From Tricharina praecox (lineage: Eukaryota), in assembly GCF_024521635.1 (NCBI RefSeq), contig NW_026250404.1, positions 1,612,001-1,676,000 of the forward strand: DNA of 64,000 bases. The letters run 5' to 3'. Position numbers and translations under genes: made by a program. Shown one piece after another: positions 57,332 through 64,000 of this stretch (positions within the stretch are counted from its first letter, which is position 1; every line of letters starts with the position of its first letter). The notes under the pieces are model-generated. The model worked only from the letters and a program-made list of their open reading frames with translations, searched no databases and was not told the DNA's origin.

Positions 57332-58799
57332 TCACAGGCGGGGGGTCAGAGTGGAGGCTTTGGCGTTTGGGTACTGTAGCTGGGAATATGCGGGGTTAGA
57401 TTGCTTTGTTCGCGTTTCTTGCGGCTGCACTTCAATGATATCGACTTGCTCAATACCGTGCTGCATTGGTGATCGGGCAAGACGCTGTGAATCTAAGGCC
57501 GCCTTCGGCGGCGGCTGTCGAGTCGGGCAAGTGGCTGTGCCCCGGCAAAAGCAGACTTGCAAGTTGTCGAGTCCGTTACCTGTCATGGAATGCGGTACAA
57601 TTCATGTGCGTAAATAGCCGGTGCCCATGATAGTACGTGGAGCTTAAATACCAGGTGACAGCCCGCTATGTAACGCAGAGCGCCGTGCGTGCGCACGTCA
57701 CAACATCGATATCTCACCATTCTCGATCCATGGCGACCTTGCCCTGGAGATCTTGGCCTCGTCAGTCGTTAGTTGTGTTTTTCGCCATCCTTCGCTTGCG
57801 AGGAAAGCAAGGTTCTGCACTGGGCAGTGGGAATCACTGCTGTGGTTGGACGAGCCGGGAAGTGCTACCGACGTACGGCGAGTGGCGAGTGGCTACGTTC
57901 TGTGGCTGGTTGGTTGGTTCCATGGATATGGCCATTGGCCGCTAGCGCCTAGCGGGGGTGTCTCGCCTACTCTACTCTACGAGTAGAGCAGAGCAGAGCA
58001 GGCTTCGAGAAGATGCGAAACCGGTAACTGGTGATATCATTCATGGCAGCGAGCAGAGGGCAGCGAGCAGAGGGCAGCGAGCAGAGGGCACTTTTGATGA
58101 ATGCTCGCCCTCGCACATTCCGTTTGGTCTCAACTAACTTCAATTCGAACTCGCTCTCTTCTACCTCCTCCAGTTCCCCCTCCTCCTCCGACCGGATCTA
58201 CACAAGTACTTCTGTATCACCACCAAGTGCCATTCCATTCCAACGGCTCGAGTTGAAGCACCTCGTCCCGTCCGCACTAAAGCCCTTTTCGATTGCCGCC
58301 GCTTATTTTTTTTATATTCCGATTGTTTTGTTTTGTTTTTATTTTTGTTTGGCTTGGGGTGTTCTGTTCAGGACCAATAGTGGACCACGAGACCCAGCGC
58401 CGCGCGAGACCTCGCCATCGTCTGATCTGATTTCCATCCGCATCGCGCATATCCAATCTATCACATCTGTCACATCCGGCTCGGTGCGGATATCGATAAA
58501 CAGCGAGATACCTACTGGTATATCATTTTTGGCTTGTGGGTCGTGGGTCGTGGGGTGTGAAACACTTGGGGGCGAAACCGATACTACTACTGCGTACGGT
58601 ACATTCCTCTGCTACAACTACAACAACGGCTGCATACCACAACTCCATTATCACTGCTGCTGTTATCACTTCTGCTACTACCACTGCTACTGCTCCTGCG
58701 GCCGCTGCTGATCAGGGTCCTTTGTTACCGTACTTTTTTGCCCTTGGGCTTTTCCATACTCTTCTCTTTCTTTGCCCTCCCGTCCACATACGAGCCACC

Positions 58800-60854
58800 A
58801 TGACACCTCGATCGTTTTTTTTATCCTGGAAGAGTTGGAGTACGGCGTTAGCAGTGGCGGTGGTGTTACTATTGACACTGCTTGTGCCTGTGGAAGCCGG
58901 GACACTGCAGCCGGAGCGTCGAGCGAACAGTCCCACCGATGTATGCAAGCGGTACAGCCACCAGAGTAAGTCCTTCGTTCCCGAATGTGTGTTTTAGGGA
59001 AGATGATTGACCGGCGACCGACCGACCTACAGCGGCGCTGGTTAACGGGACCATTTACATCTACGGCGGCCAGGCCCTCAGTCGGGCGGGACAGACCACG
59101 GACCGCTGGAATAATAACTTCTTGACGCTCTCGGTGCGCGAGGACTGGGATACGGACGCCCCAAAGATGGAGGGGTTGCCGGTTCCGGATGGGCCGCCGA
59201 AGGTGGCGAATGGGTATGTTATGTGGTCCGGTCCGGCGAGTGGCTGGTCTGGTTGGAAAGTGTTGCTGACGGGATGGATAGCTACCTCTGGCACGACTAC
59301 GACCGGATATTTCTCTACGGCGGTCTCTACTCCGATGTGGAGCCGCTCGGGCAGCCGACCGAGTTCGTGTTATGGCAGTACGAGATCGCCTCCAGAAAGT
59401 GGTCCGAGGCGCAGACGTCGGTGGCGGAGAACTCGGGGTCGCAGAAGATCGAGCGCGCGGCCGAAGGCGCCGGCGTCAGTGTTCCCGGACGGTCGTTGGG
59501 GTTCTACTTTGGCGGTCATCTGGATCAGTGGACAACACAGGGTTGGAGTAATCAGACCCCCAGGGTTTATCTCAAGAGTCTGCTGGAATTCGATATGGAG
59601 AAAATGCAGTTCCGGAATGTCACCGAGAGCGGACTGGAGAAGGCCGGTGTGCCGGAAAGGGCGGATGGTGTGCTGGTTTTCGTGAGTCACTGCGCTGGCC
59701 TGATTCCGGGTGTTGTTTGTACTGACTGATGCGGATGGTAGGTTCCTTGGGGCGAGGAGGGAATTCTGCTTGCCATCGGTGGCGGCACCAACGACACTTT
59801 CTCGCAGATGAACATCATTGATGTATACGATCTCGGTACAAAGAAGTGGACGAAACAAGCCACAGATGGGCCGAGCCCCAAGTACCGCGTCAACCCTTGC
59901 GCTGCGGTAGCATCGGCTCCCGACGGTTCCTCGCACAATCTCTACTTCTTTGGTGGACAGAACTTGGTGCCTTACATGGAGCAGCTTCAATACGACGATA
60001 TGTACATCCTTACCGTGCCCGCATTCAAATGGATCAAGGTCGACATGGAGAGCCAAAACGTACCCCCAGCAAGAGCCGGTCACACCTGCGATATGGTGGG
60101 CTCACAGATGATCGTCATTGGCGGCTACACGAGCGAGTTGTCCTGCGATGCACCGGGCGTCTACATCTTCGATGCCAGCACTCTGGAGTGGAACACGGGC
60201 TACTCGGCTGCAGCCGGTGGTTACGGCAAATCGTCAGGTGGTAGCAGTGGTGGTGACGGCTCCAATAAGCGGCCTGACAACACCTATAAGGTTCCAAAGA
60301 TCGTCGCCAACGAGGTCGGTGGCGACGAGAACGGCGGTGCAACGATCTCCGAGCCGGTAAAGACGGCGGAGGCGGACTCGCCCTTAGTTACCGGTGACGC
60401 CGGAGACTACAAGTACACCACGTACATCCCAGCGCCAACCGTACTGGTCTCGACAGCCGCCGATGGCACCGTCACCACGAGCACGGTAACCCCCAGCCCA
60501 CCCGACGACAACAGTCCCAATGTCGGCGCCATCGTCGGCGGTGTCGTGGGCGGAATCGTGTTCATTGTCATCCTCATCTTCGCCGGCGCCTATTGGCTGT
60601 ACAAGCGTAAGATCCGGGAGCTCAGGGAGAGCGCCGGAAGACTGGGTGATGCCAATGGATATGAGAAGAACAGCGAGTCGGGCATGGCCGGACTGATGAC
60701 GGGGCATCGCCAAGACGCCGTTATGTTCGGCGAGAGCTCGGATCGGAGAAATACTACCGGGAGCAGTACAGATCTCAACGAGATGATGGGCGAGCCGACG
60801 TTCTGGGGTGTCCTCTTGAGTCCCAGAAGAAGTTTGAGGGTGGTCAATCATTAG
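58800..60854 (+). CDS. Signal peptide + Kelch-repeat + single TM cell-surface protein; 3 introns
   Basis: Signal ..LAVAVVLLLTLLVPVEA; Kelch motifs IYIYGG, IFLYGG, FYFGG, LLAIGG, LYFFGG and RAGHTC..MIVIGG; TM IVGGVVGGIVFIVILIFAGAYWLY followed by KRK; C-terminal FWGVLLSPRRSLRVVN. Confidence 0.85.
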
Positions 60855-61267
60855 ATGTAGGCGTAAGGGATGACGGATATGACCTTTGTAATGAGCGATG
60901 AATGGGATGGGATACCAGGGCTGCTTTTTTACATGTTTTCGTTGGCTTAGGATTGGAGTGTCTTTGGCGTTCATATGTGCGCTTTGCTTTGCTTACCGTA
61001 CCGTACCGAAATCTGTATTATGTATGTAATCTTTCGAACGAGGAATTTAGACGTATGTTTGGATTTACTACTATGCGATCTATTGAGCAGTTGGACGACC
61101 GGGCTGAGTGCGGTTGTCGCCATCGAGTGACGTTCAGTGCTGATCGTAAAAGGCCTAGCGCGGGAAAAGTAACCAACTCTTTTACCGACCTACATACACA
61201 CAACGCACCTTCCGCCCCACCAATCCAATCCGCCCCGCCATCACCCCACGCCTCACGACGACACCAC

Positions 61268-62064
61268 ATGACACGCACACTCCGCGCCCTCGCGGCGCCC
61301 TGCCGCGCCTTCAGCAGCACCGTGCGCATCCTCAACGAGCGAGTCGGGCCACGCATCACACAGTACGACCCGTCGGCGTCCTCCTCCTCCTCCTCCGGCA
61401 GCAGCGCGCAGACCCCCGGCAGCGGCCCACGAGTCCATCGTCCGTACGCGCGCCTCGGGCGCGCGGACCCAGCGACCCGCCAGCGCGCCAGCGAGATCAT
61501 GTCGATGCTGATTACGCCGGGGGCGGGGGCGGCGTCGTCCGCTGCTTCGGGGGCCGCGGTCGCGCCCTTGCCCACGGAGGAGTTCACGCAGCAGGAACTG
61601 CTCAGCTCCCAGCAGAGATTTGTTGCGGGTGATGTTTATGCCCCCAATGATCTCACTATGGAGGAGTTGAATGCTAGGAGGGGCAACAGGAAGCCCGTCA
61701 GGGACGCGTTTGATCTCGTTGGGATTAATCCGATTACGCAGTATAAGGTACACACACAGCTCTTGGTGGCTGGTTGGGAGGGAGTGCTAACGCGCGAGGT
61801 GGTGGAAAGAACTATAACCTCCTCTCGGAATACGTCACGTCGATGGGCCGGATCATGCACTCGAAGGAGACGGGGCTAAGGCCGGTAAACCAGCGGCGCA
61901 TGGCGAAGGCGATCCGTCGCGCTGTCGGTATCGGTTTCTTGCCCAGTGTGCACCGCCACCCTGAGGTGCTCAAGAATCAGGAGAACATGATGACTGGCAG
62001 GATGGGACGTATGGGAGGCATGGGAGGCATGGGTGGCGCGATGGGGGGGCAGGGGAGAAGGTAA
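61268..62064 (+). CDS. RSM18: Mitochondrial ribosomal protein bS18m; 1 intron
   Basis: Presequence (RAFSSTVR), GDVYAPNDL, INPITQYK|NYNLLSEYVTSMGRIMHSKETGLRPVNQRRMAKAIRRAVGIGFLPSVHRHPE. Confidence 0.92.
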
Positions 62065-63811
62065 AGGGTGGCTGCCGGGACATACAATAGAGACGGGGGG
62101 GTTGGATAGCCTGCCGGCGGAGAATCAATGTTTCGGATTGCGTCGCCGCCGCCGCCGGAGACTCGGAGACTCGGAGTGCAGTGTGTGTCAGGTGTCACGT
62201 GGAACGAGTGATCCGCCGTCTGTCCGCCCGACTGTCTGCCGTTCCATAGAGTCCGGACTCTGCCAGCGAATTAAATCTCAATCCATCTCGCCAGCCCTGA
62301 ATACGGAATGCACTGTGCAGTTCGCTCCCCACGTGGAGTCCGAGTCCAACGACTGAGCACGCAACACGGATCCTCGAGATGCATATGTAAGTAGAGAACG
62401 AGGTTGCAAACGCACTCACTTCACTTCCATGCCCGTGCCCGTGTCCGTGTCCGTGCCCGTGTACATGCCCGTGTCCTCGTGTCCAGCCGCAGCCGCAGCT
62501 GCTGGGGCACTGAGGCAGGCGGGCCTCCGTACGTAAATTGTAAAATTGTAAATTGTATGTAATAGCGCGGGACATTTCGTCAAGTGCGACATGTCTCCCA
62601 TGTCTCCCATGTCCCCCTCCCATGCAGGATCGTGTTGAACTGGCGTGATCGTGAAGATCAGAACTCAGGAGTGGATATAGGTGGGTTGTATGTATACATA
62701 CAATTACAGTTCCTGCGCTGCTGCGCATGCGAGCGTGGGGGCCCGTGGTGGTTGATCCACTCCCTCCAGCTCAGCATTCCAGGTACATGCTCGCTCGCTC
62801 GCTCGCTTTTTTTTGCGTGCTCACTGCTGAGGTGATGTGACAGTCCTTTCGTTGTGCAGTTTGAATGTGCAGTTTAAATGTGCCCGCGCATCCTCGTACC
62901 GGTACTATCTACTATGTGCATTGTGAGTACTTCCGAAACTCGGGGAGTCGGGGGCTGCCGTGCTAGAGTACTCGAGAATGTCTCAGTCTCGCTGCGGACG
63001 GGGATCTAGGAATAGCAAAGCAAGCAAGCCCCCGAGCAATCATAAGATGTGTAAGTAACTGCCGGGGGTTGTAACTTGTCCGATGAGCGCTGTGGCTATG
63101 CGCTGTGGCGTAACTGGCGTAACTGGCGTGCCGCTTGGGGGGAGAGGTGTGGACACTGGACTTGTGGAGTTGTGGGCTTGTGGTTTCGTCGTCATTCGAC
63201 CAGGATGTGCGTGTCTGGCGTGCGAGCGAGCCTGTGAGGATCGCCCGCCCTCCGCCGCCCTTCGCTCTCCCGTTGCCAGTGCCGGGAATCAGCCCGAGAC
63301 ACACAGACAGCCAGACAGACCTCGAACGTAAAGCCATAGCCACAGTCCTGTTCGCCCTGGTCCGATGATCCCTCCAACCATCCCTCCATCCCCTCCACCC
63401 TCCCTTTTTCTTTCTCCGCTTGTCGTCGTCAGCTGTGTGTGCGGGTAGGGTGTCGAGTGTTAACTAGCCTTTGGCTTTGTCCACTGTCCTGTCCTGTCCT
63501 GTCCGATCTCTCCTGCCCGCTGCCTCGCCATCTGATGTAGAACGATACGATACCTTCCCTGACCCAACCCAGCCCAGTCCAATCTATTCGGGCCCTGCAG
63601 ATACGTACATACACACAGAATTGTCTGTGTCTAACAGTTGACTTGCTTACCTACATACCTTCCTACCGGCCTCCTCCTCTACTGCTCTCGCGTTCTCTCT
63701 TACGTTCTCTCTTTCTTTCTTTCTTACTCTCTATTCCAGCCCCCGACATCTCACCAGCGTACGATAATCAACTGAGGCCCTTTATTCGTCCATACGCCAC
63801 AAAACACAAAG

Positions 63812-64000
63812 ATGGTGGTATGCAATTCGACACTGTCGGAAACCCACTGCAAGTACCCTCCCCCACATCGCCGCCGCCAAACAAACCGTCCCGATCTTCA
63901 TACTGACAGTCGCCGCAGGGGACGTAGAACCGGTTGCTGGCCCTCTTACATTCCACAAACTGGGCTGGATAATATGCATCGTATGTGGTGGTTTCTTCCT
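63812..64000 (+). CDS. 5' end of a probable TMEM184/OST-alpha (DUF300) membrane protein; truncated by window
   Basis: ATG 63812; intron GCAAGT...CTGAC...GCAG at 63849-63918. Product MVVCNSTLSETHWDVEPVAGPLTFHKLGWIICI..., resembling the recalled N-terminus of fungal DUF300 proteins. Confidence 0.55.
   Translation, partial: MVVCNSTLSETHCKYPPPHRRRQTNRPDLHTDSRRRGRRTGCWPSYIPQTGLDNMHRMWWFLP

Noticed and set aside
58031..58711. 226-aa ORF with a Cys/Tyr/His-rich end
   Set aside because: Translation of the low-complexity (CTA/CTG/CAA) leader of the Kelch gene; non-ATG start and no domain.
6690..62064. Three mitoribosomal protein genes as a cluster
   Set aside because: Spread over 55 kb with unrelated genes between them.
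62195..62728. His-Gly repeat protein
   Set aside because: Product of a GYCCGT hexamer microsatellite in intergenic DNA.
1..64000. tRNA, rRNA or other structured RNA genes
   Set aside because: None recognised by eye; tRNAscan-SE and Infernal/Rfam would be needed to exclude them.

Overview
A gene-dense, intron-rich stretch of a filamentous ascomycete genome. Introns are short with CTRAC-type branch sites; Pezizomycotina is likely, and Pezizomycetes is only an inference. About 27 protein-coding genes can be reconstructed. Most are housekeeping genes: MTR4 3' part, RAD52, septin CDC10, MRPL32, SKI8, MRPL8, a short RecQ helicase, MIC12, ERD2, MCM7, PEX1, PKA regulatory subunit, SPF27 and RSM18. 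Others are a CFEM-like GPI protein, a GT-like membrane protein, an L-rhamnose mutarotase, two Kelch-TM proteins, an F-box protein, an SDR, a Ubl-fusion protein and an FMO-DUF6314-like fusion. The standout is an accessory-looking head-to-head pair between MRPL8 and RecQ (10888-16558), with start codons separated by only 245 bp. One gene encodes an apparently active non-RD protein kinase with SEL1-like and ankyrin repeats (~1180 aa). The other encodes a HeLo/HELL-like domain fused to a pseudokinase (~530 aa) whose degenerate motifs (HKSIRSEN, GFE, activation-loop TS) resemble mammalian MLKL. This suggests an amyloid-free, phosphorylation-driven, RIPK/MLKL-like cell-death or allorecognition module. 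All family assignments come from reading motifs by eye; no database searches were run.
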